Shown: positions 28,931 to 41,299 of the stretch, one piece after another
Position numbering within the stretch: position 1 is the stretch's first letter
Layout: the number at the start of each line of letters is the position of its first letter
DNA from: Macrostomum lignano
Taxonomy: Eukaryota
Length of the DNA stretch: 57,997 bases
Assembly: GCA_002269645.1 (NCBI GenBank)
Contig: NIVC01003434.1
Span: 1-57,997 of the forward strand
Direction: 5' to 3'
Translations under genes and position numbers: made by a program
Notes under the pieces: generated by a model
Told to the model about the DNA's origin: nothing
The model's input: the letters and a program-made list of their open reading frames with translations, nothing else
Database searches by the model: none

Positions 28931-29239
28931 AAAGCATGTTGTTCTGCCAGAATATCTATAATTGCCTAATTTTTTGAAATTCTATACTAACTATACCTAT
29001 AATCCATGGCATACCTGCCTGCCATATAGAATATTTATCAAGGAAACCAACTTCATAGAATTGTAGACATAGGCCCTTTAGGCTTTAGCTTGTTTTAAAT
29101 GTTGGTGCATAAAAATAAGTTTAAAGTCACAGTCATACTAGTCATAGTTATAGTCACTCACTCAGTCACTGTCATTATAAATATTTTATATACTCTATAG
29201 GCTACTGAGTTTAACTTTAAGTCAAGTCAAGATGCCAAT

Positions 29240-30244
29240 CGACATCGAGTCAATGTCCAATGAATGAAACTGGAAAGTAAAACACAAACTAGGCTAGGCC
29301 TAGGCCTAGTGACATTAACATTACTTTAAATATAAAAGTGAAAATTCTAAGTGATTACTGATTGGGTACTTCGAAACACTCTCCAAGAGCTACAAAAATC
29401 AAGATCAGATATCATCAGATAATAAAAATTTTGTTGATGACTTTGACTTATCGTTTTATGGGAGAGACAATTGCGGGGTGATTGCGGCGGCGGATCGATC
29501 GAGAACTATCATTACTCAGACTCAGACTATTCTATCAAATTAGTCAATAAAGGCTTTGTCAAAAACAATAATTAAATGATCTGTTTCATCTGAAACAACT
29601 AAGCATTTATCTTGCAGTAGTAGGTCTAACATTTGTTATTTCCGTCTCACGAAGCCACGTGCAGCAATTTTAGGGGTGATTCTCATCGAGAGGTTTCGGA
29701 GGTTTTGAGGTTTTTCAGAGGTTTCATTTTGAACAAATATTTTTGCACAAAATTTTAATATTTTAGATTTATTTCTACATTACCGAGGCGACCGGTATAC
29801 GGCTCGGCTCGGCTTAGCTAAAAATCTGAAGTAATTTACTTATATTTATAAGATAAATGAAAGGAAAGGTAAATGAATTCAATTTCTATGCAATTTTCAT
29901 TTCTGTCAGTGTGTTAATGTCGAAGCAAGGGAACGCAAAGACTTACTAGGTATCAGTTCATTAAGAACCTCAATAGGCGATCTTCCAGTTTGTTTCGATA
30001 TTATTTTCAAGTTTCGATATTCGATATTCGATATTTTTTCAAGTTTGAATCGTTACCACAACATAGTGCCTCTAAACACTAGATAGAGCAGTTGATAGAG
30101 AAGTATAAATGGAGCAGTAGCTAGAGTGGTAGATAGAGCGATAGGGCCGTAAAAGTAGTGATAGATGGAGCAGTAGATAGAGCAATAGATATAGTAGTAG
30201 ATAGAACTAGAGCATTTTCTAATACCATTTCCCATCCATTTTCG
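29240..30244. promoter_or_regulatory. CpG-retaining island, probable divergent promoter for the brat locus (-) and SLC52 (+)
   Basis: About 1 kb with dozens of CpGs between two CpG-free domains, centred between head-to-head genes; Inr-like TCAGTT near 29953. TSS not determinable from sequence. Confidence 0.55.
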
Positions 30245-31439
30245 CCACAGATATCATTTTCTACCATGACACTATATATTGTGGCACCAATTCAAATATA
30301 AATATCTAGGCCTATTGTAGTATTGACATTTATAATGCCAATTTCAATATAAAATCTAGATATCAACATAGACATCATAAAAAATTATTGCTATGATATC
30401 AATTTTTAGGTAATAAAGCTTTCTATTTATATCAATTTTCATAAACTAGTAGGTGCCTATCTATAGAGTATAGCTAAAGCCTAAAACTTATAGCTCAGCT
30501 AGCTAGGTTTATACTTTTTATTACTTTGGTATCAAAAGAATGGTAAGGCAACCAGAAATTTGTTGAGGGTGGGCAGATTTTAGAGGGTAAAGACCAAAAA
30601 GGGTAGAAAAAGAGTGGCTCTATATTTTGGTAAGTTTGCTTGGTCTCCCCTTTGATTTTTTTCAGGTCTTTGCCTATAAGTTTAACTATCTAAATTCTAT
30701 CCCCATGGTTGTACCACTGCAAAAGAAGTAAAAGAGTTCTAGTAATAGTTGAAAACTACTTGCTATTAGACCTCTATAGTCTAAACCATAACTTTCATAT
30801 ATGATTATTATATATCTCATTTTATATTAAAGTTTCTATTTAAGCATATTGCATTCCAATCAAAAGTTTGATTTAACTTTTTATAGCTATATTTATATCA
30901 ACTACATTTAAGTCAAATGGTAATATGAAAGGACTTGATAAAAAGTTAATGTGGTTTGATGAACATTAAGCCAAGGCCTATATTCTTCTAATCTAAATAT
31001 AGGAAAAAATGACATTAGTCCAGCATTAGCCAGTTTTATGTATTTTATTTTTTAAGTATAGTATCTCTTATCTTTTACTTTTAGATTTCTTAATCTCTAA
31101 GGTTCTTAAGCTAGTATGCTATTTTTTTAGACTAGGCTATTATCCTATTAGAACAATGTAGTCTAAGGTTCAACCACACTTTTGAAAGCTTTTATCTAGA
31201 TGTTAGGTATTATATTGCACTTAAAGTCAAATTTTGAGGTGTTATTTTTTTAATTTGAATAATATTACATAAAAAGAATTAAACTTTTTACCTAGGATTT
31301 GATTTTAAAGCTATAATGTTAAATGTTTGTCTAAAAGTTCAAGGCATTATTTGGACAATTCTGATGTCAATGGAATCCCTTTGTATAAAGCCTAGTCTTT
31401 AGGCTAGATTATGACTTCCAAAGCCTTTAGGCTAGGTCA

Positions 31440-31870
31440 CTATACTTCTAGACCCTTAGGCCATTGCCATTCTCCTAGACCCTTAGACTAGGCCATTGTC
31501 ACCCCCACAGACCCTTTAGACTAGGCCATTGTCACTCTCCTAGATCCTTAGGCTGGGCCATTGTCACCCTCCCAGATCCTCAGAGTAGGTTATTGTCACC
31601 CTCCTAGATCCTCAGACCTGGCCATTGTCACTCTCTCAGATCCTCAGACCAGACCATTGTCACTCTCTCAGATCCTCAGACCAGGCCATTGTCACCCTCC
31701 TAGATCCTCAGACCAGGCCATTGTCACCCTCTCAGATCCTCAGACCAGGCCATTGTCACCCTCTCAGATCCTCAGACCAGGCCATTGTCACCCTCTCAGA
31801 TCCTCAGACCAGGCCATTGTCACCCTCTCAGATCCTCAGACCAGGCCATTGTCACCCTCCCTGATCCTCA
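31440..31870. repeat. 32-bp minisatellite (CTCAGACCAGGCCATTGTCACCCTCTCAGATC) with a leftward decay gradient
   Basis: Near-perfect copies on the right; CAG-to-TAG variants accumulate on the left. Confidence 0.9.
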
Positions 31871-31995
31871 GGTTGAGCCACCTGATGAATTCAATTTTTG
31901 TTAGTAATCAGAGATGATTTTGGCATGCGGCTGCTCAATTCCCCAAATTCGACTCGGACTGACAGGAGCCAAAAGCGCCAGCCAGCAGACAGTCC

Positions 31996-34900
31996 ATGTC
32001 GCTGCCGTCCATGTCTGAGCGGCCTGAGGCGCCTCCTTCACCGCGCCCAGCTCCACCGCGTCTGTCAATGCTGGCCTGCTTTCTAATTGGCAGCTTCGCC
32101 CTGGGCTCCTGGATCGACATCAATGGCGTGTTCAACCAGCTGCCGCTGATGGTGAAGAGCCTGCCGGAGGGCTGGTCGCTGCCGTCCTACCTGGCCGTGA
32201 TTGTGCAGCTGGGCAACATCGGCCCGGCCGCCTTCCTGTTGGCCAGCCGGCTTAGCCGCGGCAAATTCACTGACCGGGCAGGCGTGTTCGTCATCAATGC
32301 GACTGGCGCCGTGGCTTTGCTTGTGCTCGCCTTCGTCTGGCCAATCACCATCGACGGTCGCAGCCTTCCACTCATGCTGGTAGTGCTGACCCTGTCCCTG
32401 GTAGACTGCTCCTCCTCTGTTGTCTATCTCAGCTACATGTCCGCCTATCCCACCGCGTATCTGAGCGCCCTGTACGTTGGCGAAGGAGTTGGCGGACTGA
32501 TCCCAGGGCTGCTGGCATTGATACAGGTGAGTCCATTGACTGGGTCTTGCCGTGATGGTCTGAGTGAGAGCGGAGAGGTAGATTCAAGAACTGGGAGAGA
32601 GCGGAGAGGCAGATTCGGGGATTGGGGAAAGCGGAGAGGCAGATTCAAGAACTGGGGAAAGCGGAGAGGCAGATTCAAGCACTGGGAGAGAGCGGAGAGG
32701 TAGATTCGGGGATTGGGGAGAGCGGAGAGGCAGATTCAAGCACTGGGGAGAGTGGAGAGGCAGATTAAGGGATTGGGGAGAGCGGAGAGGCAGATTCGAG
32801 AACTGGGGAGAGCGGAGAGGCAGATTAAGGGATTGGGGAGAGCGGAGAGGCAGATTCAAGCACTGGGGAGAGAGCGGAGAGGCAGATTCAAGCGCTGAGG
32901 GAGAGCGGAGATGCAGATTCAAGCGCTGAGGCAGAGCGGAGAGGCAGATTCAAGCGCTGAGGCAGAGCGGAGAGGCAGATTCAAGCGCTGAGGGAGAGCG
33001 GAGAGGCAGATTCAAGCGCTGAGGGAGAGCGGAGAGGCAGATTCAAGCGCTGAGGCAGAGCGGAGAGGCAGTATCAAGTTTGCTAACAGGAAATTTGCTA
33101 GCCGAAGCTTGCTAGTAGCTGTCAGTGGCAGTACGAGCTATATATTTATACTCGTACGAATCAAAGCGGCTGATTAACTTGTCGATATGAAAACAAACAG
33201 CAAATAAGAGAACAAGGCAGCAAATTCGGCTAGCAGATTTCGGCAGGCAAATTTCTCGCTAATAAACTTAGGCTAGCAAATCTCATACTATCTGCAGATT
33301 CAAGTGCGTCAGTATGAGCCTCATAAGTTTATGTATCCAAAAAAGCATTCCACGTGAAGTATTTGGTGTGCTTGATGCTAAGAAAAATTACTGTATTCTA
33401 ATGCTTCGCACTTCGCAGCTTATAGAAAGCGGACTGCAGGTCAATCGGCACTGCTATTATGCAGCACTCAGCGGTTAAAGATAAGAATCGCTACAGTCTG
33501 CTGGCCTTGCTGTACAATGAAAAGTCATTTGGTCATTGTATTTAGTCAAGCTTTTTCTTGTAGGCCATAAATATGTTGGCGAAAGTGCGCAGTTCAACGG
33601 CTAAGAACCAAGGCCCCATCGGCATAAGCCATGGCGCACAGGTGCGGCAGCGTATAAGTGCCGCCTTATCGTTATCGAACAGTAATTACTACAAAAAATT
33701 TCAACACAATGAACACACGAAATTGCAATTATATTTTCGATGAAAGCAGAAACTGAGGGTAGGCACCTTCGCTCGCTTTTTGGTTGGTGGGTCTACTTAA
33801 CTAAATCAACTCCTTCTCACACTGCTCAATATTGCTACTTAGAGTAGGCTACTTTGCACTCTACTTCTCATCCTACCTACTCATACCTAGGTTTCTAATT
33901 TCTATGCATATCGGTGCTTAAAAGATAAGCTTGTCTTAAGCTTGTATTGCTCAGGAAACTTTTCTGCCGATATGTATCGAAAAAACAGTTTTTTGATACT
34001 TGCATATTAAAAAGGCCTTTACAAAGTTACCATAAATAGTCCAGAACCGACTGGGTGATAAACTGCTTCAATGTTGAAGCATTAGAACGCCGATATTTTC
34101 TTAGAAAGCCGACCTATTTATCATTCCCAGGGCTCGGGCGGCGCCCCAGAGTGCATCAACGGCACGCATCCGGAGTACGCGCCGCCCCGCTACTCTGTGG
34201 GCGCATTCTACGGCCTGCTGTGCGGCATGCTCTGCTACAGCCTGCTGGCCTTCTGGCTGCTCACCGCCTGGCCGTTTAAGCTGGCTAATAGGCCGCCATT
34301 GAAGACTGAGCAGCAGATGGCCGCCTCCGGAGCCCAGGTGGGTGGCCTATCTCAAGTTTATTCGGCGTTTAGACAATGAAAAGTAGGAGGATGAGAAACT
34401 ACTGAGGAGAACTTTATAATATCAGAAACATTTTCCCGAGTTTTTTCCGGGTACATCACGAACCGAAGTAATTTCCGGTTGAGCTACCGGATGTAGTAGA
34501 CCCTGCGGTAATTTGACTCCAAGACTGTGCTTGCAGCGATTCAACCCCCCCCCCATTCAGGTATCCCCTCAGCCCGATGCCAGCCATCGCAACACCCGGA
34601 CGAGACCACCAGCCTTCGGCAGCCTCGCCGAAGCGGCAGCGCACCCAATCGCGCCTTCCTGCTCTGCCTGGTGGCCCTGCTGAACGCCTGGGGCACCGGC
34701 CTGCTGCCCTCGTTGCAGTCCTACTCTGCCCTGCCATACGGCTACAGCGCCTACCACCTGGCCGTGACCCTGGCCAACCTGGCCAACCCCCTGGCCTGCT
34801 TTGCCACCTTTGCCTGGCGGGCCCGGACTGCCCGCAGCCTGCTGGCTCTGGTGGCCGCCGGCTGTCTGGCCAGCGGCTACGTCACCACGCTGGCCGCTAT

Positions 34901-35159
34901 GTCACCGACGCCGCCTCTGCTGCACGGCGGCCTTGGCGCCGCCCTCATGATCATCGGCTGGACAGCCGCGTCGGGGCTGTTCAGCTTCGCCAAGGCCTGC
35001 ATCGCTGCCAGCGTCAGCGAGGGCGGTAGCAGCGGCGAGGGCCGACGCTGGCTGCGTCTGACTGGCGTCGCCACGCAGGCTGGCGCAGCAGTCGGCGCGG
35101 TGGTTGGCTTCCTGCTCAGCGTGGTGTTCGGCGTGCTTAAGGATGCGCCGCCCTGCTAG
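31996..35159 (+). CDS. slc52a: Riboflavin transporter, SLC52 family (3 exons)
   Basis: Exons 31996-32526, 34131-34337, ~34561-35159. Motifs LGSWIDING...LPEGWSLPSYL..IVQLGNIG, SLVDCSSSV.YL.YM, GEGVGGLIPGLLALIQ|G.GG.PEC.N, LLPSLQSYSALPYG..AYHL...LAN.ANP.AC, SF.K, TQ.GA..GA. Exon 2/3 phases disagree by one base (probable indel). Confidence 0.9.
32560..33070. repeat. 31/32-bp intronic minisatellite (GGAGAGCGGAGAGGCAGATTCAAGCGCTGAG)
   Basis: About 16 copies starting ~40 nt after the donor at 32527. Confidence 0.95.
33070..33289. mobile_element. Small degenerate inverted-repeat element (MITE-like) inserted at the end of the array
   Basis: AGTAT...ATACT ends with AAATTTGCTAGCCGAA / TTCGGCTAGCAGATTT arms; the array unit GCAGATTCAAG resumes right after it. 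No clear TSD. Confidence 0.4.
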
Positions 35160-35554
35160 CAGGTTGTTGAGTAAATTTATCGCTAGAGCATCCGCAAGAT
35201 ACCGGCTGAAACCAGGCTGCTGCTGTCTGCCCTGTCATCTCTGAGAACCGCCTTGAATTCTCGTTTAAATCAAACCTTATCTTAATCTGTTAAATACGAG
35301 CTAGCTTTGCTTGCAATCCATTGCTTTTTTCTATATATTTTCTTAGAATTGTTTAGAAAAACCCTTACTCACCTACTAGCCGTTGTTAGTAGCTGATTGC
35401 GCGCATAAAATCGCAAATAGTTCAATAATTATTTGATTTGATTTTTAAAGCTGTTTTTACATAGTCAATCAATAATTCTATTATTTGGTTTCAGAATTCT
35501 CTGGTGCTGTATCGCTGTTGATTTTTCTCTAACTTGACTGCTTCCGTCCATTTT

Positions 35555-36090
35555 AAGATGTATTGTATCTAGATGAGATGTATTGTATCTAGATGAGATG
35601 TATTGTATCTAGATGAGATGTATTGTATCTAGATGAGATGTATTGTATCTAGATGAGATGTATTGTATCTAGATGAGATGTATTGTATCTAGATGAGATG
35701 TATTGTATCTAGATGAGATGTATTGTATCTAGATAAGATGTATTGTATCTAGATGAGATGTATTGTATCTAGATGAGATGTATTGTATCTAGATGAGATG
35801 TATTGTATCTAGATGAGATGTATTGTATCTAGATGAGATGTATTGTATCTAGATGAGATGTATTGTATCTAGATGAGATGTATTGTATCTAGATGAGATG
35901 TATTGTATCTAGATGAGATGTATTGTATCTAGATGAGATGTATTGTATCTAGATGAGATGTATTGTATCTAGATGAGATGTATTGTATCTAGATGAGACG
36001 TATTGTATCTAGATGAGATGTATTGTATCTAGATGAGATGTATTGTATCTAGATGAGATGTATTGTATCTAGATGAGATGTATTGTATCG
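35555..36090. repeat. 20-bp minisatellite (GATGTATTGTATCTAGATGA)
   Basis: About 27 near-perfect copies. Confidence 0.97.
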
Positions 36091-36440
36091 CTGCTTGGAT
36101 TAGAAATATATATGCATGAATGTGTCAGGATTCTGCTTGTATATGACTATCAGTAAATTTTGTACTTTTTCTGGGACACTCTTCCACAGTGGTATGCAAT
36201 ATATTTGGCCGACACGCACAGACTAGCTGTTCTCAGCAGGGTTCCCTCCTACTCTTACGAGATGCTTCTCTTGTAAGATTTAGTTTATCCCAGCTTTTAT
36301 TCCTAGGCAGCATCCCGCCTGCTTCATCAATAATTTTATGGCCGGACTGGGATTTTCGGTTGCCAGTTTTTGTAGCGCATCCGCGGTAGTGCAAAGCTGT
36401 GTAGAAAATGCAGATTTTATGTGCACAGATTGCAGCTGGG

Positions 36441-37147
36441 CTACTCGAATCGAGTGCAGGCCGGGTTGACCAGAACTGATGCTGGTGACTCGGCCGGGAC
36501 CGGATTCGGGTGGCGGTTCCGCTGGTGTCCGGGTGAATTCCGGGTTTTGTTGGAATTCGAATTCGGATTTGGATTCAAATTAGAAGTAGAATTCGGATTC
36601 GGGCTGGCGACGGCCGTCATGAGAGGCAGCTGGGCGGCCAGCCGCCTGTGCAGTCGCAGGCTGACCAGCCGCAGGCGGCAGGCCACGGCTTGGGCGGCCA
36701 GCAGCAGCCCCAGGGCGCCGAACAGCAACAGTGGCGTGCCGATCAGCCAGTCGAGATTGGCAGACGCGTCCAGCTGCCCGATGTCATCCAGCCGGGGTCC
36801 CTCGCCCTGGCCAGGCCGTAGGTGAGGCCGCCGATCAGCGCTGCGGCTGCGAGAGCCAACAGGCATCGGCGGAGTCGAACCCAGGCCATCAAGCTGGGCT
36901 GCAACTGACAGGCCAGGCCGAGTCGAACACGCTGAAGCTCGTCGGCGCAACCTGGTGATGCCTCTAGCTGGGCGATGCGGCGAAGGTGATTGCTACAGTG
37001 TTCGAGGGACGGCGATGCCCGCTGCTTCTGTTGCAGCCTCGGAGAACGCGACGAAGGCCAGGCGAGGCAGCGAAGACGCGTCGGTGGTCGGCCGGCGTCG
37101 TCTGCCCATCCTATTCTTCCGTCAGTGGACTCTGTTCTACTTTCCAT
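36441..37147 (-). CDS. Unknown two-transmembrane protein, apparently frameshifted near 36780
   Basis: Frame A (ATG 37147) gives TM1 CLLALAAAALIGGLTYGLA; frame B gives TM2 LIGTPLLLFGALGLLLAAQAVAC plus an NP-rich tail. GC-rich coding-like composition. No family recognised. Confidence 0.5.
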
Positions 37148-38699
37148 GGATTCTTTTATCCGAGGATTCAATTCCAACTACTGCTCTGCCAGTAGCTTCT
37201 GTTGCTCCGTCAGATTCTGTTGGTTTGATATCGTTCTCCGTCCGTGAACGTTATAAGTCTAATTAAAGCTTACTTTATTCCTCCATGTAACATTACTGCT
37301 TTTTATATTATTACATCCGGACTTCTTCCAATGCCAGCAAATCAGAGAAACATCACATTGTGTGGCGATTCCATTTACAGTGTTGCTGTGTTGCTGCCGA
37401 ATGCTCTGCGGGCCAATGAAATTCCAGCATAATGTCAGTTAGTTTTTCAGCCCATTAGCACGCAGGACTGTCAAGACACTCAACGACTGCTTCAAGAAGG
37501 TAGGATTTTATTGTCAATAGAAAACTTGGTGTGTTCCTACCTTTGGCCACCTTGTCAACACGGTAAAAACTTGTCTTTGAGATTAGCTTCATGAGGAATT
37601 GAAATGAAAAGTCAGGCGATGCTTAATCAAGAGAGACTGGGCAGAGCATGGCATGAAAAGTTGAGGGGGGGGATAAGAAATCTTGATCTATCTGGTTTAG
37701 TGTGATATCTGAATTGCAAGTTTATTGAAGAATTCGTCCTACCTTGGTAACTGCGTAGAGTTGTCAATCTTGGTGGGTATGTCCAAAAACGAATACGGAA
37801 AAAACTCCTTTTTGCTGCAACGTTTTACACAAAGTACGAGCTGTGACATTATTTATTCTGTTTCAACATCTGCTTCTGTCAATTCGCGTAGGCCGTAGGG
37901 TATCTGCAGTGGCACCAACGGTACGGAACTGCGCCGGTGATCCCTACAAGACCACAAAGATGTTCCAGGTCGCAAACTCGCACGTTCCATTAGAAATGGT
38001 AAGAGTTGAAAAATATTGAATTTTGAATTTTACAACAACAACAACAACAAAGCTTGAATTTTCAAGGCTCGTTCGCCCTACAATCAACTCACAACAAATC
38101 ACCCATCAATTACCACTTAGTCTTTGCCATATGACACTCGTACCCAATTGTGGAGCGCCTGGTCTCAAAAAGTGAACTGCCTGACGGACGAACTGGTGAA
38201 GGAGTTCACAACTTTGCGAGTGCAGGCATGTTACCCTTTTTTATCAAATGAATTCTGCTCTGTAAAAGAGACCAAGATGTCTCTCCTTTTAAGCATCAGC
38301 AGAACAACCTCCGGGGACGTGGCCGGTGCAGAGGGTGTGTGGTATACGGTAATCCGGGCGATTAGAACAAATACTCATACACATTATATTTCACTTCTGT
38401 TACTTATTCTGCTTATACTCAAAGAATATACTGTTAGTGCTCTTGGATACCGATTACATGTATACGTTCTGATGCTGCGTCAAAAATTGCGGATAATAAA
38501 CATCAGAAGCCCTGTCTTTCGCCTTGGTTGAATAGAAATCGACTAGTGGGGGCGGCCGGCTGCGCCCGCCATTGGAGAGTTATGGGAGGTGGCAGGCTTG
38601 CGGCAAGGGTGAGCCAGTTAAGTGCGGAACTGTTGTAGTGAGGAAAAATCATTTGAAAATACATTAGAAGCCCCATTTCAAAGTTAAGTTAAGAGGGTG

Positions 38700-38950
38700 T
38701 GCAAAAAAGTCATACTACTGGGCAGTACCACTCGGCGCGGATGATGTGGTCTGCCAGCTGATGTCGCCGACGGCGACGCAACAAGTCGCTTGGAGAAGGG
38801 CCAGGCCGGCGCCATACAGCACCACATTTATCGCTCGCTCGCTCGTCCGTCAGCGTCCAGGTCTCGGCGTAGAGTAGAGCAAGCCGCATTGAAATGCCCC
38901 ATGACAGAGCGGCAGTCTCCAACAGTCAGCAAATGAACGATTGCTTAGTG
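38700..38950 (-). mobile_element. RTE-clade LINE reverse transcriptase C-terminal fragment
   Basis: LLYAETWTLT and RRRRHQLADHIIRAE..CP resemble RTE motifs LLYG.ETWTL and RRRRL..AGH..R. It appears to continue beyond the hAT insertion at about 40200-40330. Confidence 0.5.
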
Positions 38951-38954
38951 AGCT

Positions 38955-40190
38955 CAGTGGTGGGACTGAGGCGCGAATTTCAGTAAAGATGGCGCGAATA
39001 CGCGATTTTTCAGGTGTGGCGCGGATTTTGAGGCGTGAATGGCGCGGATTTATATTTAGTGTGTGCGGTTTATGCTGCAACTTCATTTTCTTTCAAGTGT
39101 GGCTCTGGGCTTGTATCGAGCAAGATGCATTCTTAGCTTCCCTACAGAACATAAATATAACTCCACTAGCTCTGTTTTTTTGCACAAAATATAGTGTGGT
39201 GACTCGCTAGGAGGTAACTACGAGGTAGGTAGGTAGGTAGGCATATGTGACGCTTGCGACGCTTGCGACGCTTGCGACGCTTGCGACAAGAGAAGCAACA
39301 AGAGAAGCTGCAACGAAAGAAGATGAAGGAGTCTGAGAAACTGGCGCAAAGCATTCTCAAGCGACGGGCTGTTGAGCAGTCGGTGTCAACTCTTCTGCCT
39401 GCAGGTATTATGCAGAAAAAGTTCAGACACAATTGATGTGCGCTTCATGCAATCATGCTCTATGTGACTCCATGCTACTGTGTTTAGAACTGGTTATCAC
39501 AGTGAATTTAATGCGCATATAAGTAGGAATAAAATTTCTTGTCATCTTATTTGGTGGTATGTAAAAGACGGAGCGGATCGAATCTACATCGGATCTACGG
39601 ATAAGCGAAATTTAGTGTTAAAGTCGATTTTTTTTCTCAAAAGTCAAATAAGCAAGAAAGCAGATGCCATTTTATGTAAAGAACTGTTAAGTGCCAATAC
39701 TAAGAATGTTTTTAAATATTTGTTATTATACTTTTGACTGATCCGTGGTCCCATTACTTTCAATGTACGGATGGATCCGTATTCCATACCAATCTGATCT
39801 GCTTCGTCTTTTACATACAACCTCTTATTCTGCTTCTTTTGCTACGAGCCTGAACCACGAATACTGAAACTTCTGAAAGTGAGTGAGAGGACTTGTGTTT
39901 CACGAAAAAAGTATATCTACTTTGCGACAATGACAAATAAACGTGACGCTCTGTCAAAACTTCGTTAAAAGTGTCCACTTCATTCATTAGAGTAAATTCG
40001 TAAGATCGTAATTTACGATATTAAAAAATATTTATAATAGACCATTAATTAACTATACTATCGTAACAAGGGACCCCAAGGCTGCATAAAAGGAAATTTA
40101 GTAGTGCGGGGCACTGGGCAGGAAATTTTGGACGGCGCGAATATTTTTTAATGGCGCGAAAAAAATGGTTGCCTCTCAGTCCCACCACTG
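38955..40190. mobile_element. Non-autonomous hAT element, 1236 bp
   Basis: 16-bp TIR CAGTGGTGGGACTGAG / CTCAGTCCCACCACTG; 8-bp TSD AGTGAGCT at 38947-38954 and 40191-40198; subterminal TGGCGCGAA/TGGCGCGGA motifs at both ends. Confidence 0.92.
39560..39815. mobile_element. Tc1/mariner-type MITE nested in the hAT element
   Basis: TIR TGTAAAAGACG(G/A)AGC(G/A)GATC; TA at 39558-59 and 39816-17. Confidence 0.75.
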
Positions 40191-40904
40191 AGTGAGCTAC
40201 ATTGGCCGAATTGATAAGGACTGAATATTCTACACGCCCGTGTCAGGCCTTATGCAGCCATATCTCTCACGGTATCGAAATTGCACAAAACATTCTCCCA
40301 TGTCGTGCTGGACGACTTTTCCTCTGGAAATTGGAGCGAAACTGAGCGGACAGGCCTTTTGACCCAGACTGCCTCCCTGAGGGATTGCAATTTGCAATTT
40401 TGCAATTTCAATTCAGGATCTCTTCCTCTGTGTCAGGCTCAGACTGACTGCAATCCTGCATTGCCTTTGGCTCCACGTTTCTGGGGTTCTGAAATCGATA
40501 GATCAGAAAGATCCTATATCCCTAAGCTTGGATTCCCTGCACTCAGGAGTATCCAAAATGAAATTAAACGCGCATTTTAAGAATTCCCAACCGTTTTAGC
40601 GGTGGTCTCTGGGGGAATCTCGAATCTTTGGCCCTAAGTGATCCTTTCCAAAATCGATTTAGCACCCTTTCTTAGACCTCCAAGATTAAAAGGAATCTTT
40701 TATTATATATAGGTTTTTCCAAGAAACAAAAAGTGTTCCACTTGTGCCTTTAGAATTGCAGTCTGTATTTACACAGGAAGTGTATTCTGTTCTGCGTTAT
40801 TCTAATTAACATCTTGACAACAATAAATAACATCAATATAATATTTCACCGAACGACACATTTTAAGGTGAAAGAGTAAAAACGTGCTAAACTTTAGGAG
40901 CATC

Positions 40905-41180
40905 ATTTTGTCGGCAGTCAAATTGTCGGCAGTCAAATTGTCGGCAGTCATTTTGTCGGCAGTCAAATTGTCGGCAGTCATTTTGTCCGCTTGACCGCAG
41001 TCAGTTGTCGGCAGTCATTTTGTCCGCAATCAAATCGCCGCAGTCAAATTGTCGGCAGTCATTTTGTTGGCAGTCAATTGTCGGTCGGCAGTCATTTTGT
41101 CCGCTTGACCGCAGTCAATTGTCCGCAGTCATTTTGTCCGCTTGACCGCAGTCAATTGTCCGCTTGACCGCAGTCAATCG
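40905..41180. repeat. Irregular ~15-bp repeats (TTGTCGGCAGTCAAA / TTGTCCGCAGTCAA), possibly transposon subterminal repeats
   Basis: Clustered imperfect copies. Confidence 0.75.
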
Positions 41181-41299
41181 ACCGAAAGCGTTGCGCCATG
41201 GTGACCACAGCGCTCTTGCGGATATTGCTTTTTTGGTCTATACCCGACATTTCTTAAATTTGATTGTTTGCAAAGTTTTTTTCTAAAATTACCCTGATT

